From assembly GCA_035438525.1 (NCBI GenBank), contig DAORIL010000001.1, positions 1 to 57,852 of the forward strand: 57,852 bases of DNA, written 5' to 3'. Shown one piece after another: positions 1 to 9,799 of this stretch. The translations under genes and the position numbers were made by a program. Under the pieces are notes generated by a model. The model was not told the DNA's origin. It worked only from the letters and a program-made list of their open reading frames with translations, and made no database searches. The DNA comes from Pyrinomonadaceae bacterium (GTDB lineage Bacteria > Acidobacteriota > Blastocatellia > Pyrinomonadales > Pyrinomonadaceae). Every line of letters starts with the position of its first letter. Within the stretch, counting starts at the first letter, position 1.

Positions 1-1840
1 CTGGGCTTGTTCATCAGTTTCCGAACCGCTGGTTGATTGTTGCTGATAAAGCGCCTCTGCAATGCGATGCGACACGCGAGTCAGAGCATCCAACTGAGCC
101 TGGAATTGATCCGAACTGTTCGATTCGATAGTTTTCCTGGCTTCGGCAATTGCCGCCTCGGCTTCGGAGATCAATCCAACCGGAATCTTCTCGCGGTTTT
201 CGTTGATGATTTTTTCGGTGTTGAAAATCATTGAATCCAGATGATTCTTGGTTTCAACCGCCTCGCGTTTACGTTTGTCTTCCTCGGCATGCGATTCGGC
301 GTCTTTCATCATCCGGTCAATTTCGTCTTTGGACAAACCCGACGAAGCCGTGATGGTGATTTTTTGTTCGCGTCCGGTGCCTTTATCCTTTGCCGAAACG
401 TTGACTATGCCATTGGCGTCTATGTCGAAAGTTACTTCAACTTGCGGCATGCCTCGCGGCGCAGGCGGAATTCCAACCAGATGGAATTTGCCTAGTGTGC
501 GGTTGTCGCTGGCCATTTGTCGTTCGCCCTGCAGGACGTGAACTTCAACCGAGGTTTGATTGTCAGTCGCCGTTGAGAATGTTTCGGATTTACGAGTTGG
601 AATCGTCGTGTTGCGCTCGATCAACCGGGTGTAAACGCCGCCCAGCGTTTCAATGACCAAGCTTAACGGTGTCACGTCCAGCAGCAGCAGGTCTTTTACT
701 TCGCCGGACAACACACCTGCCTGAACGGCAGCGCCGATGGCCACAACTTCGTCAGGATTGATTTCCGAAGAAGGTTCTTTGCCGAATAATTCCGTAACGG
801 TTCGGGCAATAATCGGAGAACGGGTTTGTCCGCCGACCAAAATAACTTTGTCAATATCGCTGGCTTGCAGCTTGGCATCCCACAGAGCTTTTTGACATGG
901 TTCAACCGAAAGTTCCACTAAATCTTTAACTAAATCTTCAAATTTTGAGCGGGTTAAAACGGTATTGATGTGTTTTGGTCCGGTTGCATCAGCCGCGATA
1001 AATGGAAGATTAATAGTGGTTTCGGTAACAGATGAAAGTTCGCACTTGGCGCGTTCTGCCGCTTCTTTTAAGCGTTGCAGAGCCAGCCGGTCTTCTTTCA
1101 AATCAATGCCGTTTTCGAGTTTAAAATTTTCTACCACCCAATTGATAATTCGCTGGTCAAAATCTTCACCACCCAAAAACGTGTTGCCTGAAGTCGAAAG
1201 AACTTCAAAAACTCCGTCATTGATTTCCAAAATGGTCACGTCAAACGTGCCGCCGCCAAGGTCATAAACAACGATTCTTTCGGAACGATTTTTGCCGAAT
1301 CCGTAAGCCAGAGCGGCTGCCGTCGGCTCGTTGATGATACGTTCAACTTCTAAACCTGCAATTTTTCCGGCATCACGGGTTGCTTGTCGTTGAAAATCAT
1401 CAAAATATGCCGGAACCGTGATAATTGCTTCCGTGACGGTCGTCCCAAGAAATTCTTCGGCTGATTGTTTCAGGCGTTGCAGAACAATTGCCGAGATTTC
1501 CGGTGGACTGTAAGTGCGGTCAAGCACACGGATATGTGCGTCACCATTTGGAGCTTCGACCACCTCGAACGGAGCAGTTTCGCGCATTTTTTCAGACTCA
1601 AGTGAGTTAAACTTTCGTCCAATCAAACGCTTAATTGCAAAAAGAGTATTAGTTGGATTGGTGACGGCTTGGCGTTTAGCGATTTGACCTACTAACCGTT
1701 CGCCTTTTTCGGTAAAACCAACCACAGACGGGGTAGTTCTACCTCCTTCTTTGTTTGGAATAATTTGAATTGTTCCGCCTTCGAGAACCGAAACGCAACA
1801 GTTCGTAGTGCCTAAGTCTATTCCAATTACTTTGCCCATA
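1..1840 (-). CDS. dnaK: Molecular chaperone DnaK (Hsp70); 3' end lies beyond the window start
   Basis: The reverse complement of 1801-1840 reads ATGGGCAAAGTAATTGGAATAGACTTAGGCACTACGAAC = [26 protein letters not shown] is encoded around 1231-1270. The frame is open to position 1. The gene lies downstream of hrcA-grpE on the same strand. Confidence 0.95.
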
Positions 1841-1866
1841 TTTATTGAGTCCTTTTTATTTTTTTA

Positions 1867-2685
1867 TTATTCAATTTCCAAGGTGACATCCGGAGATGCG
1901 GGAGTTGACGCATCTGAAACTTTAACCATTGACGGGCGAATGACTTTATCGTCAATTTGATACCCGCGCAATAATTCTTCGATTACAGTATTATGTGGTA
2001 ATTCATTGTTTTGAGCAGTAGCTACTGCTTCGTGAAAATGAGGATTAAAAGGTTTTCCGACTGAGATTATCGGCTTAATGCCCATTTCTCCTAAGACTTC
2101 GCTTAGTTGATGATTGATTAGATCGATTCCGTGAATAAATTGTTGAAAATCCGGTGATTTTACCTCAACGTGTTTGCTTGCTGAATTTAATGCCCGCTCT
2201 AAATTATCGATCACGGGTAATATTTTGACTGCCAGATTACTTAAAACACTCCGAAATATTTCGGCACGTTCGCGTTCAGTTCGATTTTTGAGGTTTTCAA
2301 AATCAGTGCTGCGGCGACGCATTGTTTCGGCTATCTCTTGTTTTTCAGCCGACATTTTTGACATTTCCGAATTGAGTTTTTCAATTTCTGCTTCGAGATC
2401 AGAAAATGTTTTAGAATTCGGTTTGTAAAAACTATTGGTGATCTGGGGAACGGTATTATCCAGATCTTTATTAGGTGTAAATGTCTCAAGTAACTTTTCG
2501 AGTTCTGCTAATTCATCTTGGGCGAAGTCCGTTTCTTCTATTTCAACTATCATTTGCGAAGAAATATCGAGGTCTCGTTCTTTTGCTTCTAACTCTTTGA
2601 GAAAGGCATCTATCGAACCCGAATCATTTAAGTTCGAGTTATTAGAATATTTGGGTTTATTCATTGAATCGTAATCAGGGTTCAT
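1867..2685 (-). CDS. grpE: Nucleotide exchange factor GrpE
   Basis: 272-aa ORF with a coiled-coil N-terminal half. The GrpE-type C-terminus reads ...PFNPHFHEAVATAQ...LLRGYQIDDKVIRPSMVKV. It sits between hrcA and dnaK. Confidence 0.9.
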   Translation of the reverse strand: MNPDYDSMNKPKYSNNSNLNDSGSIDAFLKELEAKERDLDISSQMIVEIEETDFAQDELAELEKLLETFTPNKDLDNTVPQITNSFYKPNSKTFSDLEAEIEKLNSEMSKMSAEKQEIAETMRRRSTDFENLKNRTERERAEIFRSVLSNLAVKILPVIDNLERALNSASKHVEVKSPDFQQFIHGIDLINHQLSEVLGEMGIKPIISVGKPFNPHFHEAVATAQNNELPHNTVIEELLRGYQIDDKVIRPSMVKVSDASTPASPDVTLEIE

Positions 2686-2701
2686 TTTGATAGTTTAATA
2701 G

Positions 2702-3835
2702 TTAATTTTTCTTTGAGACCGAGTATTCATCAAGCATCATTTTTTCGAGGATTTTGGAAATATAGCTGACGATCGCAATCATTCGCGGATATTCAATCCG
2801 GGTTGGACCTAAGACGCTCAAAGTTCCTAATGTGTCGCCTTTTCCGATGCGGTAAGGAGCCGTTATCAAAGTGCAATTCTGAAGCGAAGAGGTTGAATTT
2901 TCACTTCCGATAACAACCTGAACATTTCCTTTAGCGGATAAATCGCGTCCCAAGCATTCATTCAAGATCTGCATCAGACGTGATTTTTCTTCAATCGTGC
3001 GAAGCAATTCGCGCAACCTTTCAAAATTGGAAAAATCAGGCTTAGTGAGAATGTTCAAAGTTCCGTCAACGTAAATTTCGCCGATAGTATCTTTTTCACT
3101 CTCAATACTTTGTGAACAAAGTATCATTGCCGTTTGCAATAATTTGTCAAAAAGTGCTTTTTCTTCGTGCATTAGTCGAAGAATTTCACTCCGGATCATC
3201 GCCAGACTTTTGCCTGCAAATTCGGCGTTGATATAACGCGAAGTGCGGTCAAGGTCTTCCTGGCTAATAGTTTCTTCGAGCCGAATAATTTTGTTATGCA
3301 CAATATTCGGAGCCGAAACCATCACCACCAAAATTCGTTTGTCCGATAGGTTGGCAAACTGAATATGCTGCAAATAGTCATTGGCTAAATTCGGCGAAAT
3401 GACGATTCCAACATTATCTGAAAGAACTGAAAGTAACTGCGAAGTGCGTTCCATCAAACGATCAGATTTATCGGAAATATCTAATTCGCTTAAACCAAGC
3501 TCTCGATTTATCAAATTCAAATCTTCGGTGGAAAGACTCAAAACCCCAAGGAGATTATCTACATAAAACCGATAACCTTTGTCAGTCGGAACGCGCCCGG
3601 CGGAGGTATGGGGCTGTTCGACAAAACCGCCATCTTCCAGCTCGCTCATTACGTTGCGAATTGTTGCTGAGCTCCAACCCGCTGAATGCGCAAACCTTTC
3701 TGCGACAACTTTTGAGCCGACCGGCTCGCCTGAGATAAGATGTTCGCTGATAATGGCTGAGAGGACTATTTGCCCGCGTGCATCAGGAATCGGGGAATCG
3801 TTTTTGAAACTCAAATTCGAGTCACGAACAGGCAT
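2702..3835 (-). CDS. hrcA: Heat-inducible transcription repressor HrcA
   Basis: 377-aa ORF with an N-terminal winged-helix region (LSAIISEHLISGEPVGSKVVAERF...SSATIRNVMSELEDGGFVEQPHTSAGRVPTDKGYRFYVD). The C-terminus reads ...GTLSVLGPTRIEYPRMIAIV. It is the first gene of the hrcA-grpE-dnaK operon. Confidence 0.9.
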   Translation of the reverse strand: MPVRDSNLSFKNDSPIPDARGQIVLSAIISEHLISGEPVGSKVVAERFAHSAGWSSATIRNVMSELEDGGFVEQPHTSAGRVPTDKGYRFYVDNLLGVLSLSTEDLNLINRELGLSELDISDKSDRLMERTSQLLSVLSDNVGIVISPNLANDYLQHIQFANLSDKRILVVMVSAPNIVHNKIIRLEETISQEDLDRTSRYINAEFAGKSLAMIRSEILRLMHEEKALFDKLLQTAMILCSQSIESEKDTIGEIYVDGTLNILTKPDFSNFERLRELLRTIEEKSRLMQILNECLGRDLSAKGNVQVVIGSENSTSSLQNCTLITAPYRIGKGDTLGTLSVLGPTRIEYPRMIAIVSYISKILEKMMLDEYSVSKKN

Positions 3836-3962
3836 TTCTTTTAATTGATTTGAAGCAATCGCGAAAGGGCGTTATGCTCCTACTAATTGAATATCATTTT
3901 AACTGATGAAATGTCAAGGTTTTATCGTTAAAAAATGATTAACAGTGATAAACTTTTTCTAA

Positions 3963-4733
3963 ATGAGTGTTGAAATAGAAGAACTTCGGCAAATTTACCA
4001 GGAATTAATCATTTCCATCAAAAATCCACGCCCGCTTCCAAATTTGAAGATCGAATTTTATCCGTATGTCGGCATAAACAATCGAATTCGTCTGCGTGAC
4101 GATTTAATTCAGGTTAAACTTTCCGATCTTTTGCAGGATGCGCCGTTGGAATTACATCGGGCATTAGCCGAAATTTTGCTCCGTAAACTTTATCAAAAAA
4201 AAGTCCCCGTGAGTGTTTCACAAATCTTTCAGGATTTTACAAAAAAAGCTGAAATACGCGAAAGATCAATCGAATCCCGAAAGTCGCGCGGACGTAAAGT
4301 TTTGATCGGTTCACAAGGCACACATTATGATTTGGAACAAATTTTTACGCTGCTCAATCAAATTTATTTTCAAAATGCGATTCCGAAACCAACTTTAACC
4401 TGGTCCGGTAAAAATACTTATCGGATTTTAGGGCATCACGATGCGACTCATAATGCCATTACTATCAGCAAATCTTTAGACGATAAACGAGTGCCTCGTT
4501 TTGTGGTTGAATGTGTGATGTATCACGAAATGCTGCATATCAAACATCCGACTAAATACCTTAACGGCAGACGTTACAGCCACACACCGGCTTTTCGCCG
4601 TGATGAAAGGGAATTTGCTTTTTTTGAAGAATCCGAAGCGTGGATCGAAAATCATTGGGCAGCTTTTTCAAAAGGCAAAAAGCAAAAGGTCAAAAGTAAA
4701 AAAGGTTTTTTGCAAAGGTTGTTGGATTTTTAG
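3963..4733 (+). CDS. HExxH metal-dependent hydrolase-like protein (DUF45/SprT-like flavour)
   Basis: 256-aa ORF containing YHEMLHIKHPTKYLNGRRYSHTPAFRRDE, an HExxH zinc motif followed by H. Family assignment is tentative. Confidence 0.55.
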   Translation: MSVEIEELRQIYQELIISIKNPRPLPNLKIEFYPYVGINNRIRLRDDLIQVKLSDLLQDAPLELHRALAEILLRKLYQKKVPVSVSQIFQDFTKKAEIRERSIESRKSRGRKVLIGSQGTHYDLEQIFTLLNQIYFQNAIPKPTLTWSGKNTYRILGHHDATHNAITISKSLDDKRVPRFVVECVMYHEMLHIKHPTKYLNGRRYSHTPAFRRDEREFAFFEESEAWIENHWAAFSKGKKQKVKSKKGFLQRLLDF

Positions 4734-6361
4734 TTTTCTTTCTTAAACTGTTCAATAATCATTCCGATCAATCCAAAATCCGAAACAGTTTTGCGCTCCA
4801 TTCCATTGCTGTCAAAACGGGTTTCGGTCAGGTAAAAACTATCCACACTTTTATTTTCTGCTTTCGGCTCGCCTAAAATTTCAACTAATTTTTCGGCTGA
4901 ATCAGAGTCTTTGGCAAAGGTGATACTGATCGCATTATTTTTGGCAAAACGCTGAAAATATTCGCTTTTGGTAAAATTATTGCCGCTTTCTTTGGTTTGC
5001 AGGCATTTCAAAATACTTTCCGAATTACCCAAGATCAAACGATTTTCGACAAATGCTGCTGACAGGGTTTTATCCTCCGATAGCCAGAGATTTGCTATGC
5101 CTTGTTTAGTCGGTGGCGTTTTGAAATTAATTTCTTTGGTAATTGATTTTTTTAAGATTTCTTCATCTTTAACTTCTGCAATAACTACACTTTTGTCACC
5201 TTCTTCGTCAAAATTTGCGGTGACAATTTCTGTGCCGACTGCGCTCAAAAAAGTTTCGATATTTTCTACACCGTAGGGTTCAAAAAAACTGCCCGAAACC
5301 TGGGTCAGAATTTTTCCGCTTACTGCATCAAGCTGTTTGGAAGTAGTCAGCAAAATACTTTTCCAGGCAAGTTGGGAGTTTTGCAAATTATAGCGGGTAA
5401 AAGAATTAACCTCGTTGGGTAAAAATTGGGCGGATTGAAAAGCTGAATCATTTTTAGCCGCCAAAGTTTCTTTCCAAATACTCGAAATTTCCGTGTCGGT
5501 CTTAATAAAAATCTTGTCCTCGATTCCTTGTTCAGTTTTGCGGGCTGTCCAGCTTGCTTCTTTAGCGGTTTTTTGCAAAATTGTCGGCAAGATTTTAGCA
5601 ATAAATGAGCGCACCAAATCTTCTTCTGAAGCGTTAATTGCAGTTGAAACTCCGGCTAAATTGGCAAGCTGTGCGATTCCATCGGGTGAAATATAGCCGA
5701 TTGCTAAATTATTTTCGCCGACGTTTTCACGGACACGCGATAGGCTTTCGTTTTTCAAAAGATTATCGCCCTCGCCTTTTTTGACTGCCAGACATTTATC
5801 AATGATCGTTTCGTCATTGCCGATATAGATCAAACTTCCAGTAATGCTGGCAAAGATCTTTCGATTATCTTTGCTCGTCCAATGAAAGAATTTAATGCCG
5901 TTTTTCTCGCCTTTATCGAGTTTAACATCATCGCCGTAATTTTCCTTGGCAAAACGTCCGATTTGGTTTTCGACCAATGAAATTGCGGTAGATTCCCAAG
6001 TGTGTGTGTCCGCGATCATTGCGAAACGGGGCTTGAAATTTAAGATTGCCGATTCATCCGTCAATTGTTTTTCCGAAGTTTCAAAACCTGTGACAACTAC
6101 CGCAATTTGTGTATTTTTCAAGGCAGAAAAATTTGGAGTAGTTTTAGTAAGTTGTTGAAAAGATTTGTTGTTCGTCAAAGTCTGCAAAGTTTCACCCAAA
6201 TCATTCGTTTCCAAATAAATAAGTGTTTCGGCTGGTGCAAGTGTGCGCAGATCTGTCTTTTGAACTGTTTGACAAGCAGAAAGTAAAAAGTAAAAAGTAA
6301 AAAGTAAAAAGTAAAAGGTGAGCGTTTTAATTAATTTTGCCTTTTTAAAATACTGGTTCAT
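4730..6361 (-). CDS. Hypothetical lipoprotein (signal peptide plus lipobox LLSAC)
   Basis: 543-aa ORF. The N-terminus MNQYFKKAKLIKTLTFYFLLFTFYFLLSAC is a lipoprotein-type signal peptide. I recognised no catalytic motif. Confidence 0.65.
   Translation of the reverse strand: MNQYFKKAKLIKTLTFYFLLFTFYFLLSACQTVQKTDLRTLAPAETLIYLETNDLGETLQTLTNNKSFQQLTKTTPNFSALKNTQIAVVVTGFETSEKQLTDESAILNFKPRFAMIADTHTWESTAISLVENQIGRFAKENYGDDVKLDKGEKNGIKFFHWTSKDNRKIFASITGSLIYIGNDETIIDKCLAVKKGEGDNLLKNESLSRVRENVGENNLAIGYISPDGIAQLANLAGVSTAINASEEDLVRSFIAKILPTILQKTAKEASWTARKTEQGIEDKIFIKTDTEISSIWKETLAAKNDSAFQSAQFLPNEVNSFTRYNLQNSQLAWKSILLTTSKQLDAVSGKILTQVSGSFFEPYGVENIETFLSAVGTEIVTANFDEEGDKSVVIAEVKDEEILKKSITKEINFKTPPTKQGIANLWLSEDKTLSAAFVENRLILGNSESILKCLQTKESGNNFTKSEYFQRFAKNNAISITFAKDSDSAEKLVEILGEPKAENKSVDSFYLTETRFDSNGMERKTVSDFGLIGMIIEQFKKEN
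6283..6317. repeat. Five tandem heptamers GTAAAAA (TTTTTAC on the coding strand) inside the signal peptide of the 4730-6361 gene
   Basis: Direct reading gives units at 6283-89, 6290-96, 6297-6303 and 6304-10 (GTAAAAA) and 6311-17 (GTAAAAG). Together they translate to the 7-aa periodic FYFLLFT FYFLL. Confidence 0.9.
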
Positions 6362-6558
6362 TTTCTTTTCGATAAATCTTTAAATCTCAAAATCAAATTA
6401 TTTTTCAAAGATAACATTTTACAAGGTAAAGTTGTATTTAAAAGCGAGATTTGAAAGCAAAACGACTCTCCGAAAAAAGTTTGGAACGGCATTTGCTCTA
6501 TCCATAATTAATACATTTGATATGTATCAAAATATTACAGCTAAGGAGAATTTGAGTT

Positions 6559-6678
6559 ATGGGTTTATTAAGAGGTGGATTAGCAGGATTAGGCGCTTGG
6601 AAATTAGGCGGTGGGATCATCAGCACAGTTATTATTTTCATAGTTTTATACTGGTTACTTGGATTCTTTATGAGATAA
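6559..6678 (+). CDS. Small hydrophobic peptide (39 aa), hypothetical
   Basis: The ATG at 6559 is preceded by AAGGAG (6544-6549). The product is MGLLRGGLAGLGAWKLGGGIISTVIIFIVLYWLLGFFMR. A hairpin terminator follows directly. The longer 6432-6704 ORF in the track is in a different frame. Confidence 0.45.
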   Translation: MGLLRGGLAGLGAWKLGGGIISTVIIFIVLYWLLGFFMR

Positions 6679-6704
6679 TATCGAAATCAAGTTATCTTAC
6701 TTAA

Positions 6705-6731
6705 AAGGCACAGTCTTCGTGCCTTTTTTGT
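6705..6731 (+). terminator. Rho-independent terminator
   Basis: Stem GGCAC (6707-6711) pairs with GTGCC (6719-6723) around a 7-nt loop. A T-run follows at 6724-6729. Confidence 0.7.
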
Positions 6732-6782
6732 TTTTACCGAATTTAGAAATTTTGAGGCTTTATGTGTTAATATTTTGCCAAT

Positions 6783-7568
6783 ATGAGTGAAACTATATTC
6801 AAAGACAATATTTTACAAGGCAAAGTCGCGCTTGTAACAGGTGGCGGAACGGGAATCACGGGCGGCGTTGCCCGCGCACTGGCAGAAGCAGGCGCAAAAG
6901 TAGCGATTACTTCGCGCAAAATCGAAAATCTGGAAGCGGCGGCAAAAGTCATCAATGACAACGGCGGCGAGTGTTTTCCGGTCGCTTGTGATGTGCGTGA
7001 TTTTGAAGCGGTTGAAAAAGCAATTGCCGCGACCGTCGAAAAGTTCGGCAAAATTGATATTGTCGTCAATGGTGCAGCAGGTAATTTTCTCTGCTTTGCC
7101 AAAGAACTTTCGCCAAACGGTTTTGGAACGGTGGTTGATATTGATACCAAAGGAACTTTTAATGTCTGCCGTGCCGCTTTTGAAGAACTCAAAAAATCGC
7201 AAGGTCAAATCTTAAATATCAGTGCCACGCTTCATTATCTTGCAACACCGATGCAAATTCACGTTTCGGCAGCAAAAGCAGGCGTGGATGCTATTACGCG
7301 AAACCTTTCGGCAGAATGGGGACGTTACGGAATCCGAGTTAATGGAATCGCGCCGGGTCCGATTGAAGACACCGAAGGAATGCGAAGATTAGCAACACCT
7401 GAAGTTTTGACGCAAATCAAAAAACGAATTCCGCTTGGAAGATTAGGCAGAATTGCCGACATTGAAAATTCGGCATTATTTTTATGCTCAGATGCTGCCA
7501 ATTATATCAACGGTGTGACGCTCGTTGTTGACGGCGGTCAATGGTTGTTGGGAACGAGTTTGGGTTAG
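6783..7568 (+). CDS. SDR family oxidoreductase (2,4-dienoyl-CoA reductase-like)
   Basis: GKVALVTGGGTGITGG is a Rossmann TGxxxGxG motif. Length is 261 aa, and the downstream S...AAKAG region is typical of classical SDRs. Confidence 0.85.
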   Translation: MSETIFKDNILQGKVALVTGGGTGITGGVARALAEAGAKVAITSRKIENLEAAAKVINDNGGECFPVACDVRDFEAVEKAIAATVEKFGKIDIVVNGAAGNFLCFAKELSPNGFGTVVDIDTKGTFNVCRAAFEELKKSQGQILNISATLHYLATPMQIHVSAAKAGVDAITRNLSAEWGRYGIRVNGIAPGPIEDTEGMRRLATPEVLTQIKKRIPLGRLGRIADIENSALFLCSDAANYINGVTLVVDGGQWLLGTSLG

Positions 7569-7570
7569 TG

Positions 7571-7656
7571 AATTGGGGAAGTTGGGAAAGTCCAGGAAGT
7601 TTAGGAAGTTGGGGAGGGAGAACTTACTTCCTTAACTTCCTTGAACTTCCTAAACT
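7571..7656. repeat. Imperfect inverted repeat built from GGAAGTT-type heptamers; bidirectional terminator candidate between convergent genes
   Basis: The left arm ...CCAGGAAGTTTAGGAAGTTGGGG faces the right arm AACTTACTTCCTTAACTTCCTTGAACTTCCTAAAC. It shares the core GTTTAGGAAGT / ACTTCCTAAAC with the elements at 11303 and 44967. Confidence 0.8.
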
Positions 7657-7661
7657 AAAAG

Positions 7662-9680
7662 CTAATAGTTATAGTCACGGTAATTGTTGTGTATTTCTCC
7701 TAATAAACTTTCTAAGATCAACATTTTAGCCGTCATTTTGAATTCGGGTTTTGCAAATTTGTCGGCTAAGCCTTTAGTTCGCTGAAAGTCTGCTTGAGCC
7801 AGATTTTGGATAAACATCGGCAATTCACCTTCTCTGGAAATGGCTTGTGCGGCTCCGAATTCTCCTAAAAAATAGAGTGCACTAACCTCATCATTTTGCA
7901 TGTAAGTTGAATCCATATCAAGAAATACACCGAGTTTGACAGCGTGTTCAATGACTTCATTAATTGAAACCAAAGATTCTATTATGGCGAAAGATTTTTC
8001 GGGCTGATGCGAAGAATAGCCGCCTGCCAACATCAATTTTTTTGCATAATCAAGAGCATTGCTCGTCTCAGGACGCACATAAGTTTCAGCTTCTTTCATC
8101 AATGCATCGGCAATTTCTTTGTCGGCACTAAATAATGAAAATCGAGCCAATTCTGCTACTACCGAAACAAGTCCGTCAGCTCTGGAATATCCCCAAGGAT
8201 TGCTGGCAAACGCATATTCTTTGGCTAGTTTGATAGCTGCTTTTCGTTCTTCGGCGGTAAATTTGCCGATCCTGAGTTTTTGGATTAAAGAGTCTTTGTT
8301 TTCCCATTCGAATTCGTTCGGGGGAATTGACTCAATTATTTGAGGAGTTGGCGTAGTCTTTGGTTGTTTATATGAAGCATTTGCTGCCCTATTAGCTGCA
8401 ATTGCTACTGCATTAGCCACATTTGCCAGTGCATTAACTGGTGGATAATTTGCCGGACGATTTGCCATAGTATTCATCGCATATGGATAATTTGCCGAAT
8501 AATTGGCTGGATAAGCTCTGTTTGTCGCATAATATGGCGTATTTGAAATCCGATTTGAATTGTTATATCGCTTTTGTTTGGATTTTTGCAAAAGTTGTAG
8601 CGACTCGCGGGGCGCATACTCCTTAATTCTTCTGGCATAATACAATGGGTTATTGCTTGCGGGATAATTGGGTTCAGAGCCATCTATTTGAGTTAGGGCA
8701 ATTTGACCTAATAATTTAGCTAATTCATGAAGGGATTTGTCATTGAGGAGCGGTTGAGGTTCGTCTTTGAAAGATTCTGCTGTATTGAAAAAAATGGTAA
8801 GTTGAAAAATTGTGGGAGAGATTCTGAGCTTTTGCAAAGTTTCTTCGGCAAGTGTGCTTCCTTTAACCGCATCCTTTTCATAAATTGAATTTAAGATACT
8901 CAAAAAACCTTCGGAAAAGTCTCTAGCTAAAATATCACGGGCAATTTGCAGAGCTTTATCAACCTCATTTTTTTCAAGCATTTTATAGATGATTCTATTC
9001 TCAAAACCGTAGGTAGAATTAGTATAGCTGTATGGTTCTAATTCTTTGGGCATCATTTTGGAGGTTTCAGTTAAAAATTGATACGCCAAATTCGGGTCTG
9101 ATTCGATTAAATTCTCAATTAAACTTTTTCGTAAATTAGAAAGTTTCCGAAATTCATTGAAAAAGCCTGTAGCATAGAGATTTATTTCCGGTTCGTAATT
9201 TGGTATGGCGTTAGTTGCAGCAGTATTTGCAATTTTATTAGAGGCCCTATTTGCATAGTATGAATTATAAGCGGCATTAGCAGCATTAGTAGGATAACGA
9301 CTGTTTGCGCCATAATTAATGTTGGCATTAACTTGTGCCTGTTTTTTAAATTCCTCGACTGCTTTTTTATATTTTTCTGCTGTTCTTCCAAGTGACTTTT
9401 TAACCTCATACATTACTTGCTCAAGCATTTGACGAGCGGTTTTCTCATCATATTTTCTTAAAAGCCGTGCGGTTTCAATCGTAAAAAACTGCTGATTTTC
9501 TTCGGATTTGAGATTGGGAATTTCTTTGATGGTCTGGCGTAGAAAATCAACCGTATCTTTTTGTAATTGGGCTGAGATTTCAGATTGTTTATTAGTTAAA
9601 TTTGGATTTTGTTGAGCGATGATGTTTTCAAAGAGCAATAAAACGATCAGGATTGCAATTAAGGTCTTGTTTGCGAACAT
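7662..9680 (-). CDS. Secreted hypothetical protein with Asn/Tyr/Ala-rich low-complexity segments
   Basis: I prefer the start at 9680: ATG preceded by GGAGG with a 6-nt spacer, giving MFANKTLIAILIVLLLFENIIAQ (signal peptide). Two N/Y/A-rich tracts are present (NANINYGANSRYPTNAANAAYNSYYANRASN and NRAYPANYSANYPYAMNTMANRPANYPP). Confidence 0.65.
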   Translation of the reverse strand: MFANKTLIAILIVLLLFENIIAQQNPNLTNKQSEISAQLQKDTVDFLRQTIKEIPNLKSEENQQFFTIETARLLRKYDEKTARQMLEQVMYEVKKSLGRTAEKYKKAVEEFKKQAQVNANINYGANSRYPTNAANAAYNSYYANRASNKIANTAATNAIPNYEPEINLYATGFFNEFRKLSNLRKSLIENLIESDPNLAYQFLTETSKMMPKELEPYSYTNSTYGFENRIIYKMLEKNEVDKALQIARDILARDFSEGFLSILNSIYEKDAVKGSTLAEETLQKLRISPTIFQLTIFFNTAESFKDEPQPLLNDKSLHELAKLLGQIALTQIDGSEPNYPASNNPLYYARRIKEYAPRESLQLLQKSKQKRYNNSNRISNTPYYATNRAYPANYSANYPYAMNTMANRPANYPPVNALANVANAVAIAANRAANASYKQPKTTPTPQIIESIPPNEFEWENKDSLIQKLRIGKFTAEERKAAIKLAKEYAFASNPWGYSRADGLVSVVAELARFSLFSADKEIADALMKEAETYVRPETSNALDYAKKLMLAGGYSSHQPEKSFAIIESLVSINEVIEHAVKLGVFLDMDSTYMQNDEVSALYFLGEFGAAQAISREGELPMFIQNLAQADFQRTKGLADKFAKPEFKMTAKMLILESLLGEIHNNYRDYNY

Positions 9681-9748
9681 TTTGAACCTCCGGCGAATTT
9701 GAGTGAATCTTACTCTTTTGTCCAATCTATGACAAGTTTTTTATAAAC

Positions 9749-9783
9749 CGCTTTACCAATTACGAATTACGCTTTACCATTTA
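9749..9783. repeat. Five direct degenerate heptamers (CGCTTTA CCAATTA CGAATTA CGCTTTA CCATTTA) in the trpE upstream region
   Basis: Direct reading. CGCTTTACCA recurs with a 21-bp period, 17 bp upstream of the trpE ATG. Confidence 0.7.
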
Positions 9784-9799
9784 TTCAACAATAATTTTT

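Noticed and set aside
3836-3962. Expected CIRCE operator (TTAGCACTC-N9-GAGTGCTAA) upstream of hrcA
   Set aside because: I read both strands of the hrcA upstream region and found nothing close to the CIRCE inverted repeat. Only a possible TTGACA -35 box is present (minus strand, 3917-3912). No claim is made.
6432-6704. 90-aa ORF from the track
   Set aside because: It has no RBS and a non-protein-like composition. A different frame contains a 39-aa hydrophobic ORF with AAGGAG and a terminator, and I report that one instead (still low confidence).
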